Source: Octopus sinensis
Taxonomy: Eukaryota
Length of the DNA: 64,000 bases
Direction of reading: 5' to 3'
NCBI RefSeq assembly: GCF_006345805.1
Contig: NC_043015.1
Span: 34,162,001-34,226,000 of the forward strand
Part shown: piece after piece, positions 1 to 14,506 of the stretch
Layout of the letters: the number at the start of each line of letters is the position of its first letter
How positions within the stretch are numbered: position 1 is the stretch's first letter
The notes under the pieces: generated by a model
The model's database searches: none
What the model was told of the DNA's origin: nothing
The model's input: only the letters and a program-made list of their open reading frames with translations
Position numbers and translations under genes: made by a program

Positions 1-759
1 CCAGGATGAACCGATATAGGAAAGAAAGGTTAAATAGTGAGAAGATTAAAAAGCGGAGAAACATGAAAGAACAAATCATCTGCAATAATATATGGTAGAA
101 TATGTGCAACAGTTCAAAGAGAATATAAAGAGAGGCAGAAAGATGAGAAATAGGAAAAATGAAATTACAAATTCAAAACACTCGTTTTCTATGGCAAAAT
201 TCTTGCTAACATCTATACACTGCTGTATAAATGCGTATATTAGCTAATGTGATCGATACAGTTGTTTAGGTTGATTTCCAAATTCAGGAGGCTTCGTGTA
301 TATTTAATGATAAAAGTACTTACAAAGCAGTAACTTATTCAACTGGGGACACTGATTTGTAAGAGGTGCAATGGTAGACAGGTTTTTTTCAACTTATAAT
401 TCCAATTTGGAATTCTTTGAAAGACCTGATAGGAATTTTTCCTGCTTAGATTTGTGGCTATTAAAAAGTCGTAAAATTAATTTTACCACAGAGGTAGCTG
501 TTACAATGGTAGACCTACTACAAGTCATCCATAACTATTCTTGGATTTTTGTACAGTTTAAATTAATAGTGGTTGATATAATTTATCCTATTTTCGCCGG
601 CATACTCTATAGAAAAACTTTAACTTCATACATTATAGAACCTTAAATCGTATATATAGCCGCCATCTACGTATTACCTAACCACACAACATCCACAGAC
701 CCTCCTTTCAACAACAAAATTTTCTACGAAGTTAATATTTATAGACTAAGTCTATCTAG

Positions 760-1110
760 TCTTAGTCAACAGAGTTGTCTGTATGGTAAAATCTCAACAG
801 ACTATATTACCGACATCTATAGACTGTGTCTAACTTCGCGATATTTACAGACAGTTTCTGTCCAATCAGCAACAACAGACTGGTATGTCTAGTCAACAAC
901 AACAGACTATTCTATGCCTTCAACCGCATCAGACTGTGTCTATCCAGGTAACAACAGACAAATGTATCCATTCAACATTTACAGTCTTTCAACAGCAACG
1001 GACTGTGTCCATTGGTCAACAACAATGCATCGTGTCTCTTCAAGTTAACATCAAGATACTCTGTCTTTCTATTTCCCATCAACAGACCGTGGCTGCCTGT
1101 ACAGACAACT
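760..1110. repeat. Degenerate minisatellite-like region built on a CAACAGAC(TGTGTCT) motif
   Basis: About 10 variants of caacagac/agactgtgtct recur at irregular ~20-40 bp spacing; ORF 885-1181 shows matching QQ(Q)TVS-type repeats. Confidence 0.5.
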
Positions 1111-1770
1111 ACTATTACGTATCCGGTCATTACACACTATTTCTAAATGTGCAGCAACATCTATTTTCAGCAAATCGGTGAGGGGGGTGGGATATAATCA
1201 AGTAAAAAAATAGTTATTTAGATATTCATTGGCGATACAGTAAGAAACTTCGATAAGAGCAAATGAATTTAGCGCGGTGAACAGTGAGTCATGCAATTCT
1301 CTTAGATGACGCTGTCATTGCTATACCCCAACTAAACAGGTTGAGCCATTTCGCCGAAACATTCTGTCATTTAATAATTATATCTGCAAAGATCAATAAT
1401 GCAAGACCACAGAAAAAAAATATTAGAACTGTTCATGAAATCCCTGCTTCGTATTGATCTCGGAATAATATTAAAGTGGTATCTTTGTTTCTAGAAGCCT
1501 ATCATATTTTAATATATTCCACCCATGAGGGAAAACAACACTATAATCACTCCGTTGATGTTGTCGGTCAGCTTTATATTAAAGGACAAAATAAGGAAGC
1601 AATATATATTTTATACACTTTGTTATTAATACATTTGAGAAATACAGTAACTCGGCCTCCTCGACTCTAAAATCAATGATCTTACGGCCCAAACCAGAAA
1701 TCCATCTCTTTTCTCTCACTCTCTTGCTTTCTCTCTCTCTCTCTCTCTCTCTCTCCTCATATATATATAT

Positions 1771-1816
<46 letters not shown>

Positions 1817-1942
1817 ATATTATGCAATATATATCATGTGTATAGATGTGTATGTATATATATATATGTATGTATGTATGTATCTCTCTCTCTTTCTCTC
1901 TCTTCTTCTCCTTTCTTTTCTCTCTCTCTCTCTCTCTCTCTC

Positions 1943-1985
<43 letters not shown>

Positions 1986-2226
1986 CAGGAGTTAGACAAA
2001 ATAATGGAAACAACTTAAAATTTCAAGCAAATGTATTTTAATATGGGGTAGGACCACCTTCTGCAGTAATTACAGCTTGGATTCTATGAGGTATGGATTC
2101 GTCCGAGAATATAACGTTCTTCCACTGCTCCAGGGACCAATTCTGTAGGTTTTTACTCCACTCTAAACGCTTTGCAGCATTTGTTTTTGAAAGTAGCGGT
2201 TTTCTGATTGCAACCCTCCTATGAAA
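1986..2226 (-). mobile_element. Tc1-family transposon relic: 3' TIR plus internally deleted transposase
   Basis: Minus strand 2226-2038 reads FHRRVAIRKPLLSKTNAAKRLEWSKNLQNWSLEQWKNVIFSDES-IPHRIQAVITAEGGPTPY*; Tc1-like terminus caggagttagacaaaataatggaaac at 1986 next to a (TA)n tract. Confidence 0.85.
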
Positions 2227-2788
2227 TCAGTAACATTGATTTTATAGACCAAGAAGGAATGAAAAAGAAATTATCAACCTCAGCAAAATTTGAACAATTA
2301 ATATGCAGAGGGTAAAAAGAAAATACTGTAAGACGTTCTAACTAGTTCACTGGGGATTCCACTGTTCTATCGCTCCACATATATCCATAAATAACGATTT
2401 GGGCGTGAATTCGTTCATGATGAAATTCTCAACTAGAAGAATCAAACAACAGTGTTAAACGAATCATGCTTAGAGATTTCCGGTTGATCTCATAGAATTA
2501 CATTAATATAAGCATGCGCCTATAAAAAAAAAAGTTATTTCTTGCAATGATCATTTGTTAAAACTGAGATAAATTTTAGTAATTTTTGGTTGTTGTTTTC
2601 TGTTATATTTTCATGCACAACTTTACTGGTGACTATGCGGAAGTACGCGTGTGAACAGGTGAAAGTCTTAAATATATGTGTGTGTGTGCATGTGTGTATG
2701 TATGTATGATGTGTGTATGTGTCGTTGTTTGTATAAATGTATATATATGTTTATATATATATTATATATATACAAATTAGTATATATG

Positions 2789-2839
<51 letters not shown>

Positions 2840-3233
2840 TGTTGTTGTACACAGTTGAAGCATGTTCAATTGTATATGTGAAAAATTGAGTATGATAAAA
2901 GTGAATAAGAGAGTGATTTATTCTGTAAGTAAATCTATAGAAATATGCCTGTGCAATGTGCGACTGCGTGGAATTCGTAGACTGCTTGCTCATGTGTAAT
3001 GTGTGACTGCGCGCGCATGTGTTTGCGCACGTATGTGTGTGTGTAGGCGCATCAGGCACATTGTAAATCTTTGAAGATAAACAGGCATACCGATACACGC
3101 ATGTATGCACACGTATATATATGCATACACACACACACATAAATATATAAAGACATACATTTACGCGTATGCTTAAATACAATAGTCTGTGTATACTTGT
3201 GCATGTATGCATGTCTGTATGTATGGGCAGATG

Positions 3234-3267
<34 letters not shown>

Positions 3268-3296
3268 AGTTGTGTGTGTGTATGTGTATGTATTAT

Positions 3297-3331
<35 letters not shown>

Positions 3332-3697
3332 TATATCTATATATATGTATGTATGTATGTATGTATATATATATGTATTATGTCTCTATGTATTCAGTTG
3401 TATATGAATGAATGTATCAGTGTGTGTGCGTGGGCATAGTGTGTGTGTGTGTGTTATCATTCTGACGGAAACTTGCTGCCGGCATTTCCTGGATTCCTCC
3501 GAAGAAATGTTGTAGCTGTGTTACAATGTGACGGTATAGGGAGTTTAGTATTTGCTCTAAATGGCTAGCATAATTGATTTTCCACGCAAATTTGATATAT
3601 TTTGTGATTAAGTAATATGTATTGTGTGTGTGTGTATATATGTATATATATATTATATATAGAATATATACTAATATATATCTATATATATATCTAT

Positions 3698-3749
<52 letters not shown>

Positions 3750-3847
3750 TAGTTCAGCAAAAATTTAGATTCAAATGAATATGGTACTTAAGTGGAGACA
3801 CCAGAATTTAGTATGGTATTTCTATACAATTTCAAAGTAAGGCGATT

Positions 3848-3927
3848 AAAATCAAATAAGCACAAGGATATCTAGAGGTACTGCAGTACGATGTTTCATG
3901 CAACTCTATTTAACAATGCAATCATTA
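3848..3927 (+). repeat. Unclassified dispersed repeat, copy 1 (inverted copy at 19106-19192)
   Basis: aaaatcaaataagcacaaggatatc...tgcagtacgatgtttcatgcaactc...aacaatgcaatcatta aligns by eye to the reverse complement of 19106-19192. Confidence 0.7.
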
Positions 3928-3970
3928 CATATATATATATATACTCGCCCCTATCTCTCTCTCTCTCTCA

Positions 3971-4030
<60 letters not shown>

Positions 4031-5877
4031 TTATATATAAATATATATATATATAATATTTATAGCACACACATATACGTATATTGTACATATACTTGTA
4101 TATTTTCTTACCTAATATATAATTTCACATTCAGTCTGCACTTTGAAATAGTCCTCTCTTCAGCGTTCGATTCGAGATCACGACGATTTCGTCACCTTCT
4201 AGTTACTATTTCCTCCTTTCGGGTTCAATACTGTTGATACTAAATGAGTATACACATCTTCTTTTAGTTTGTTTGAGTTCGTGCATATATGCATAGTTAT
4301 GTTTAAGCGCATATTTCTGTGTGTATATATGTTTATAAGCGTGTGTGTACATGCACACACATAATCTTGCTTTGAAAGTAAAGGAACAACTGCAAGAAGA
4401 TAGTAATACAAATCGTTTGGAAAAACCCCAAAATCAACCACTCAATCTTTTGGCAATTCTCCCTCCTTCTCTTCTTAGCTCCTGACTTTATCCTCGGTCC
4501 CTGAAGGCAGTGAAATGTTGTTATTAGTTATCACACTACAGTCAAATTGTGTCTCCATAGGAATAGATCTATTTTTAAAAAAACAAAAAACACGCCCAAC
4601 TTTGAAGACAGGTGCTGCTACAAAGTTCCGAATCATTCTTAACCGGTTCTTCATTTGATGTACTTGTGAAGCAGAGCGAATAAATCCATACACTGTTAGG
4701 ATTAGAATAATATCGATGTAATCGAATGGCACGTACTGATTTCAATATTAAAATGCTTCCTATAAGCCGTAATGTGTGGAGAAGGCTAAGTGTATTATCA
4801 CTTTTATTTCAAACACTAATCCAGAGCTTTGTATTCTGCTTAGATTCCATACAAAATATACGGGATAAGAAATAGCTCATGTTGTCCTCGTGATAATATA
4901 AAACTCTATAAATCTCCTTGAAATTGTTCATGCTGTTCCTGAAAACATTATTGATCTAAATGGTGATTGATCTAAATGGTGGGGGTCAACCCAATAGCAA
5001 TCTAATGCAGATCGATCACATGATAATATTATACCAGGTAAGCTTTAAAATATAGCACAGCACACAAACAAAACTGTTGGTTGTTTCATCGGTAAAGGAG
5101 AAACCTGAAATATTCAAATGAATCAACCCTGATATATTACTGGTATCTCACATTACGGATCTTTAGCAATAAAGGCAAAATGCTTCCCCGAAATTGAGAG
5201 TAAAGTGAGGCATTACAACCTGGAAAAAGATTAAAATCAGTAGGGCATTGGACATAATGTACTGAGGTTTTAAATTTAGCACCTTTAGGTTCTAAGATCA
5301 AATCCCGTGGCGGTTGATTTTAGTGGGATTTGAACTCCGAGATCAGTAAATAAAAACCGGCCAGATACCGAAGTGTAATCGACTGTACCTCGTCACCTAA
5401 ACAAATACTTTGTATCAAAATATATTCATTTCTTCCGTAACTTCAATAGAAGGAGTCGGCAGAAGAGTGGACAAGGTTGATTTTTCTGTAGTTTGAACAA
5501 AATGCGTCCTAGTATTTCACCAGTATCCACTTCAAGGTAAACCAAGTCGACATAATGCAATGAGGTTAAAACAGACTGCAAAGTCATATCATTTCTTATT
5601 GGATGTGCAGCGGGAATATCCACCAATCAAATCATTTTATCCGATGTCGCGATTTGCTAGAATATTACCCACCTGATAAAGAAAAATTCTAACCAATCAT
5701 GACTTCGCCTAGAACAGGTTCCAGCAACAATTCCATCTTTCCGCACTTTTCTCTCTCGACGTTTTGTTGTTCATAGTAAGGACAATATTTGCTTTTTGTT
5801 TACGAGAATAAAAGTTTTGTTTGTCAAAAATCCCAAATGGATTTCCGTCTTCTTCGTACAGGTGTTTTATCAAGTTA

Positions 5878-6125
5878 CAGCAGCAGCTATGTGGTAAGTA
5901 GCTTGCTTACCAACCACATGGTTCCGGGTTCAGTCCCATTGCGTGGCACCTTGGACAAGTGTCTTCTACTATAGCCTCAGGCCAACCAAAGCCTTGTGAG
6001 TGGATTGGTAGACGGAAACTGAAAGAAGCCCGTCGTATATATATATATATATATATATAATAATATGTATATAATATATATATATTATATATATATATAT
6101 AATATATATAATATATATATATATG

Positions 6126-6175
<50 letters not shown>

Positions 6176-6426
6176 TATATATATATAATATATATATATA
6201 TGTAAGTATTTATATGTTTGTGTGTCTGTGTTTGTCCCCCAACATCGCTTGACAACCGATGCTGGTGTGTTTACATCCCCGTAACCTAGCGGTTCGGCAA
6301 AAGAGACCGATAGAATAAGTACTAGGCTTACAAAGAATTAGTCCTGGGGTCGATTTGCTCGACTAAAGGCGGTGCTCCTGCATGGCCGCAGTCAAATGAC
6401 TGAAACAAATAAAAGTAAGTAAAAGT
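5878..6426 (+). mobile_element. tRNA-derived SINE family A, near full length, with expanded internal (TA)n
   Basis: Head gtggtaagtagcttgcttaccaaccacatggttccgggttcagtccc, body gacggaaactgaaagaagcccgtcg, tail gcatggccgcagtcaaatgactgaaacaaataaaag; aligns to several other copies in the window. Confidence 0.9.
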
Positions 6427-7349
6427 ATGTTGTGATATACATCATCCTAAGTTATATGACATATATATAATGTCATGTTATATATAATTCTGATGTGTTA
6501 TGTATTAGATTTAATAATACTTCATTTTATCGTCGCGGAATAATGAAAGTCAAAGTTGACGTGGGAGGAAGAGACTTTATAAAACCGTACAGTGTAATAT
6601 AGTTTTGATATTACATCATATATACGGTATCTTAACTTCTGTTAATGCTGTATTTCAGAGAAGAAAGTGATATCAAACTAACAGAATCAGGAAAATGATA
6701 AACTTCAATTTCATATTTTTCTACGATATTATATATATATAACTGTGTTTTAGAGCATACTATGAAAGCGGTGAACAATACATCTTCCGCTCTTTTCATA
6801 TAAACAGTAGAACATCAATTGATTTTGTGTGTATTTAGATAAGTGCTTGAAACTTTAATAAAGTAGTAGAAACGAAAACAGTTAACGTTGGTGAATGGAA
6901 TATTGACACATCAATGGAAGCATTATTATTTTCACTGGTTTTGTGTAATAATTTAGACTCTCTACACGTATATACTGAGGTCGTAGATTATCTCTCACAG
7001 ACACATGCTATACACATAGAGACAAGTCAGTATAAGAATACGTGTATGTGTATACATGTGTGCATATAAACAGACCTATATGTACATACATGTGTATACA
7101 TATGTGTGTGTGCGTATGTATGTATGTATGTATGTATGTATGTATGTATGTATGTATGCATGTATGTATACACATACATTTATATAACCCACTCGCACCT
7201 TGCTATTTCTCTGATTATGCAAACAGAGCTCCGCTTTTCCGGCTTCGTCGTGCGCAACAATTAAGCCTTTCCACGAAACACAGACTCAGGCTGTTATTGA
7301 TATTTGACTCGCTTTCCTTACACACTCATACTATCTCCCACGCACACAA

Positions 7350-7387
<38 letters not shown>

Positions 7388-7989
7388 AAAAATACCTGCA
7401 CCTGCAATTTACTCCCTTCTACACACACACTTGCACACACATGCACGTACACACACGCACGCACACAGATACAAACACACACAAACATGGCCACAGCTCA
7501 AGAGCTGAAACTGGAAAACATAAACACACACAGACACACGTGCACACACGGACACACACACAACACAAACATAAAAACCCACACATTCTTCACTCCACTC
7601 CACTCCCTTGTTTCTCTTAGTGTTGCCACACTTTTCTCAGTTGGAAACCATAAACTCCACCAAATTCCTGTCCTACATTCCAGCATTCTTTATTGCTAAT
7701 TGTTCATTACATTTACCTTTCAAATTTTTTTCGTTCCTTCTTTGGTGAAAAAGGACAAAAGTCTAAAACGTATATTTCATTTCCTTCCTTTACAGAGTAA
7801 TTACACAAGCATTCTCTACTTTTCCATTTTTTTGCATAACTGTTTTTCTCATACTGTGGATAGATAATCACTCAGACTTAAAACAGAAATACTACTGTTT
7901 GTTTGTATATGCGTTTGTATGCATGTAAGTATGTATGCATGTATGTATGTATGTATGTATGTATGTATGTATGTATGTATGTATGTATG

Positions 7990-8031
<42 letters not shown>

Positions 8032-8401
8032 AATCTTTATATCTGTGTGCATGCACGCATACATACATAAGTACATACACACACACAAACATGCACACAC
8101 AAATACGCACACAAACATACACACATACATATGTATATGCAGACATACATACCTGCATACACACACATATATATACACACATATGAGATTTAGAGCTAAT
8201 AATTTATCTCTATATATATATTTGAAGAAAATATCTTATGGAAGAAAATATACCCGTAAAAGTTTCTTTCATAACTGCTATCTCTGAAAAGCATAGGGTT
8301 GCATAATTGGGCTCTTATCTACCATCCTGCTGAATCCCTAGTGCGAAACCGATTGATAAGATCGGCTGTGGTGGATATATAATATTGCATCCTTCGATTA
8401 A

Positions 8402-8486
<85 letters not shown>

Positions 8487-8534
8487 GTATGTATGTCTGT
8501 CTATCTGTCTCTCCCTCTCCCTCTCTCTTTCTGC

Positions 8535-8580
<46 letters not shown>

Positions 8581-8827
8581 ATATGTATGTATCTATCTAT
8601 CTACCTATCTTTATTTCCTTCTTTCAATCTATCTAACTATCGATTGATCGATCTGTCTGATGTCTGCCTGTCTTTCTGTCTGTCTGTCTGTATACCTATA
8701 TATCGATTTATAACTCGAAATATATTTCTGATTTTTTGTAATGGTCCCTGAACTAATAACTTAGACTCTGAGGATACATACACACATACATACATACATA
8801 CATACATACATACATACATACATAACA

Positions 8828-8863
<36 letters not shown>

Positions 8864-9342
8864 CATACGTACGTACATACATACATACACACACATATAA
8901 TGACCCAGTTTTGTATTTATTTTTACCTGAAGTGCTTTGCACTTAGGAATTCCGCAGCAACCTACTGGGCGTAGTGTTTGACTTAATCCATAACGTGTCG
9001 TATCTACAGAAACTAAGAAATTACCACCATCACACGAAACTGTATTATAAACCCTCGGCAATGTCTTCATAACTGAATATTCTTTGTTGTTTTGTGTAAA
9101 AATTGCAACCAGTCACGTATATATGCAGGCATAATACGCATGTACGTATGTATGTCATTATTTAGTTTATTTCAAGATTTCTTGCCAATAGAGAAAGAAC
9201 CTGCTTCTAGTCTAGATACAAGGTTCCTTCACTGGATTTTCAGGGTCAACAACAGGTATGTATGTATGTTTGGAGGGAGGGAAGGAGAGCGGGAGGGAGG
9301 GACGGAGAGATGGATGGGTGCAGGCATGTATGTAATGTATAT

Positions 9343-9460
9343 GCCTCTGCGATAAGAAGTTTTCTTCCTAACCATATGGCTCCGGGTTCAGTCCCACTGC
9401 GTGGCACCTAGGCGAGTGTCTTGTGTAGCTTCGGGCTGACCAAAGCCTTGTGAGAGGAAT
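9343..9460 (+). mobile_element. SINE family A, 5' fragment
   Basis: ccatatggctccgggttcagtcccactgcgtggcacc...ccaaagccttgtgag matches 5900-6000. Confidence 0.85.
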
Positions 9461-9639
9461 CGCTCCCCTGCTAGCAATTTCTCGGCTGCATCTGTGCATC
9501 GTTAACCAGCTGAGGGAGATGTCCTCTTGGGGTTAAAAAATCGCAGTAAAGTCCGTTCGAATGGACAGTCATCTGAAGTGGATATATATGATATATATTA
9601 TATACTATATATATATATAATATACACATTCATACATAC

Positions 9640-9679
<40 letters not shown>

Positions 9680-10192
9680 CATACATGCACATACTACATA
9701 CACATACATATATATATTACGGAGATGTACTTACATAGCAAGTGACCTGATCTGAGAACGTGTGCTGAAACGAAAACAATTGCAGCGTGGAAGGTGTTTA
9801 TAAACCATTTAAAAACACATATGTACACATGTATCTGGATATATACGTATGTGTTCATGGCGTGTGTATATTGCTCGTATGTATCCGTACATACATACAA
9901 TTACATACTAATACATACATGACATACATACATACATAAATACATACATACATATATATATATTATATATATCATATATATATAATATATATATATATCT
10001 ATAATATATAATTATATACATCACTATGAGCTTTAGCGAACTAGACTAGTATAGTGATGGTCGCTCGCTATGGGCCCGGTTAAACCATCTTTCTTTCCTT
10101 TCCTGAGCGTCTCATAATACATTACCTATAACACGCCCTCGCGTTGTAGCGTTTTTGTGTTTGTTCTTTTTGGGATTTACTACATGTATGTA

Positions 10193-10249
<57 letters not shown>

Positions 10250-10588
10250 ATTACGCCACCGACACAATGTGATCGACTGAGAAGGTCAAGCTTCAGAGGT
10301 CGAGACTAACAAATTGGGTATAGAATGCCAGGAAATATTAAACTCTAAATACGAATTCTTGTAACTGGTATTTAAATGAGACATGTTTACTTAACTAATT
10401 TACAAAGTTTGGTTGCACAAATGCTAAAAAGTTAAAGATAATTAGTAAGTATTCGAAACATATTAGCTAACGGCTTTAATGTATGAAAATGTGTACCCAA
10501 TGATAGTTTAAGGATAGTACTTGAAAACACACACACACACATTATATATGTGTGTGTATATATGTATGTGTGTGTGTATATATATATG

Positions 10589-10622
<34 letters not shown>

Positions 10623-10636
10623 CATACATATGTATA

Positions 10637-10671
<35 letters not shown>

Positions 10672-11179
10672 ATATATATATATATATAATATATATATAT
10701 ATGGGGAAATTTTCACAGCTGTTTGTATTTGTGTTTGTTTGTGTTAACTATTTTTATTCTGAAAATATTGGATAAAAAGAGTGATATGGAGAATAAGAAG
10801 CAAAGGAAAAACAGAAGCTACGTAGAAAGTGCGAGAAAAAGAGGTGTAATTTTATATGTGCGTAATTGAGTTTATTCTGCTAGTGTTCTAGAACACTAAT
10901 TGTGTTAAACACAGCAGTCAGAGTACATTTGCATCCTGAAAGTCAATAAGTTAAGAAGCTAAATTGTATGATGTTTACATGCATGGTGAAACTGTACAGT
11001 TTTCTTCCTTTATTGAACAGTTCCAGACAAACTGAAAACGCACTCTACAAACATGAAACGTCTGAGAAATTAACATAATTTACAGGAAAATATACTCAAA
11101 ATCCATTGAAATACCATAGTTTGTATTCTGACGTTCTAACACTAGAGTCGGAATAGTAGCCTTTGTAAACATATATTGT

Positions 11180-11548
11180 TTTATTCTTTTACTTGTTTCA
11201 GCCATTTCACTGCGGCCATGCTGGAGCACCACCCTGAGGGGTTTTAGCCGAACAAATCGACCTCAGGACTTATTTCTTAAGCCTAGTGCTTATTCTGTCG
11301 GCCTCTTTTAGTTACGGAGACGCAAACTCATTAACGGTGATGAGGGACAAACACAAACACACACACGCACACGCACACACTCATGCAACGCCCGACGGGC
11401 TTCTTTCAGTTTCCGTCTACCAAATCCACTCATAAGGCTTTGGTCGGCCCGAAGCTATGATAGAAGACATTTGACCAGGATGTCACACAGTGGGACTGAA
11501 CTCGGATCCATGTGGTTGAAAACCTAGCTTACCGCACAGCCACGCCTA
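11180..11548 (-). mobile_element. SINE family A
   Basis: Reverse complement matches the 5878-6426 copy from head (acagccacgcct) to tail (tacttgtttcag..tgcggccatgctggagcacc). Confidence 0.9.
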
Positions 11549-11607
11549 CACACACATACACATTATATATATACATACATGCATATATACACACAACACA
11601 CACACAC

Positions 11608-11652
<45 letters not shown>

Positions 11653-12069
11653 GGGGGGGCGTATGCTGCGTGTGTACTACCAACACATTCACGCATATAT
11701 ATTACGCTTGTGTTTATGTATGCCATGCATATTTAATAAAAATAATAGAAATAGGATTTCTCAAACAGAGCAGACAATGTCTGTTCAAAGAATGTTCCTC
11801 AAAGAATTCAGTGAATGCGAAAAAATATAGAATGTAATATAACGGCTTAAAAACAGCAAGACACTAAAGAATAGATTTATTGCCATTCACACACAACACA
11901 CACACACACACACACACATTACAGACATATAGGTATACACGCGCGGGCACTCACGGACAGACACACAGACACACACACGCGCAAACACGCATTCACACGC
12001 AGCCCCACACATATTTGAAGACAATATATACTAAAAATAAGATTATATATATATATAGAAAAAAAATGC

Positions 12070-12420
12070 ACATATTCAGCAGAGATCGGCAATGCCTGTG
12101 CAGAGTTTTAGGTCCAATAAGGCTTGCACAACACCTCATAGATCCTCTCCACTTTATTGACATTATCCAGAGACAAGCCGAAGCAAGATGTCTGGTGCCA
12201 ATATGAGTCGCAGGCTCAGGGATGTGGGAGCGCCGTGATCTCTCGCACAAACCAAAGATCCCCAAAATGTCCAATGCCATTCCCTGCATATCTGGTTTTA
12301 TATCAGAGTGACCTTCTCCTAGAGACATGCTTTAACAAAAGCTGAGGGGCGCCTCACTTCCAGTGGTCTTTCAGCACGCCGGACACCATCCCGGAATTTC
12401 TGCGTACCCGTGCTAATGCA
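12070..12420 (-). pseudogene. Possible L1/Tx1-clade ORF2 C-terminal relic
   Basis: GC-rich island; a broken minus frame gives ...CQ*SGEDL*GVVQALL..CTGIADLC, loosely like the Tx1 C-terminal Cys-rich region as I recall it; weak. Confidence 0.3.
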
Positions 12421-12493
12421 TATATATATATACATACACACACGAACACACACACACACACACACAACACACACACACACACACACACACACG

Positions 12494-12546
<53 letters not shown>

Positions 12547-12769
12547 GAGTGTATGTGTGTATGTACGTATGGAGAGACAGAAATGATGTATGAACAAGTA
12601 TTTCAACTACCCACCTGTAAATAATAAAAACTCTAATTGTAAATTCTAAAAATCTACAGATCTTCACAATATCTTATGAGAAAACAATATTCAATCAAGT
12701 TGCTTCATGCTACAATGAAGTTTCCAAAATAAGAATTCGAATTCGTACTCAACTTAGCAGAAGCTTTTA

Positions 12770-13110
12770 AAATAAAGAAAAAATACAAGGAAAAGTAAAA
12801 TAATGTGGTTCGGCCGACCAATCAGACCAACTCCAACGACATACTTGACAAAATATCTTCTTGACACTAAAATCTCAAAATACCATCCAGAATCACACAG
12901 TTTGCAATATGAATAATGTAAAAAGTGAGTGCGGTTGTACAAGACACTGAGAACGTGTTTCCCAAGTCACAAATTACAAGATGTCTTGATATCTACAGCT
13001 CACAAGGGGGAAAAGTGATAAATACTATATCGGAGCAAAAGTCGGGTGGACAAAGCCAAACACGCTTTACAGTGTATAGAGAAGGAAACGGGAAATTATA
13101 CACACACATG
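12770..13110 (+). pseudogene. Degraded Penelope-like element ORF (RT-linker-GIY-YIG region)
   Basis: Fragments in different frames: RKSKIMWF, NMNNVKSECGCTR, CLDIY, DKYYIGA resemble PLE RKRKIIWF..NRNTVKVSYSC..IY..YIG motifs; many stops and frameshifts. Confidence 0.4.
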
Positions 13111-13580
13111 ATACGCCAATGTGTAGATACATATAAACCTATTTAAACTGCACAATAACAAACGATGGTGTCTTTTAATGTAGTATCAGGCAAACTGTCC
13201 TGTGACCCCGTGACCCTGTGCACCGTCGAAAAATACAATATAATGTTTACTTGTGGTGTCAATAACAATATTGACACGAAAACAAATTCGTCTTCCAAAT
13301 TGATCCAAATCACAAAGGAATCGGAAAATCTGATTCGGTAATAACAAAGGGGATATGAGTAGAACGATGGATATATGGAATTCAATGGAATAACAACGCA
13401 GATCGAGCAAGAGAAACAAAATGAACTGCGAATTAAGCTATAAAAAGACTACTTTAGAGATACTGAATACACAGAGCATGTCAAGAGAGAATAGCAAATT
13501 TACATAAGCACTGTCGGATAGGTTTTTGCACAGAAGACGACAAAATGAAAGAATTTAGCGATAGCAGGCAGAAAACACAT

Positions 13581-13651
<71 letters not shown>

Positions 13652-14294
13652 GTGCATTCAAGATACATACATACGTACATATACATAAACACACATTTAT
13701 ATATATGCATGTAACATACATTTACATGCATACTTATACATACGAACACACAAACATACATATATACATACATACATTTATATATATACATACATATATA
13801 TAGTCTATAAAGAGATCAACAAAATAACACTTTAGGAAAACCGGATACAATAACGAAATCACTTAATAGAGACAAAACAACCGACGGATTATAGTATGAA
13901 AAGCGACAACACTGCAATATTATATAAAAGACGCAACTCTTGGTAATCAAATAATGAAAATGAAGAACAATCTAGAGCGACCGGATATAATAACCGACTC
14001 GACTAACAGAGACTAATCGATGAATTAGCCACTAGAAGGCGACAACCTGTTCAAAATCGAAAGAAAAAACAAAACAAAAACAACACCACCGAAGCTAAAA
14101 TAATATTTAGAAACTAACCACTACAAGTGATAACTATTGCGTTTGCTCATAAAATATAACCAGATCGAAATATCCAAATGTCGCTCCACTGATATTTGCA
14201 GTGACTGGAGGGTGGAGACGCACGACAGAGAATACACTTATATATACTCTACACGGTGTACTGAGTACATACAATCTCTTTTGGATACAAAGTA

Positions 14295-14362
<68 letters not shown>

Positions 14363-14506
14363 GCATATATACGTTTATGAATTTGTGTTGCAAGATTCCT
14401 GATGTGAAATCGTGGATGGTCATTTTCTCTTTTGTCAAATAAACACACGCACTATATACTCGTTCTTCACTCGTTTATTACTGTTCTTATTCTATCTCAT
14501 GTCCAT

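Noticed and set aside
371-646. 91-aa ORF
   Set aside because: No recognisable motif or supporting splice signals; AT-rich chance ORF likely
4199-4732. Two minus-strand ORFs and an open plus-strand stretch
   Set aside because: Several frames are equally plausible, no family is recognised, splice sites are weak
10040-10125. Fourth relative of the 16095/37405 repeat, checked for a hammerhead
   Set aside because: Flank matches (ttcctgagcgtc..ataatac) but CUGANGA and GAAA are lost
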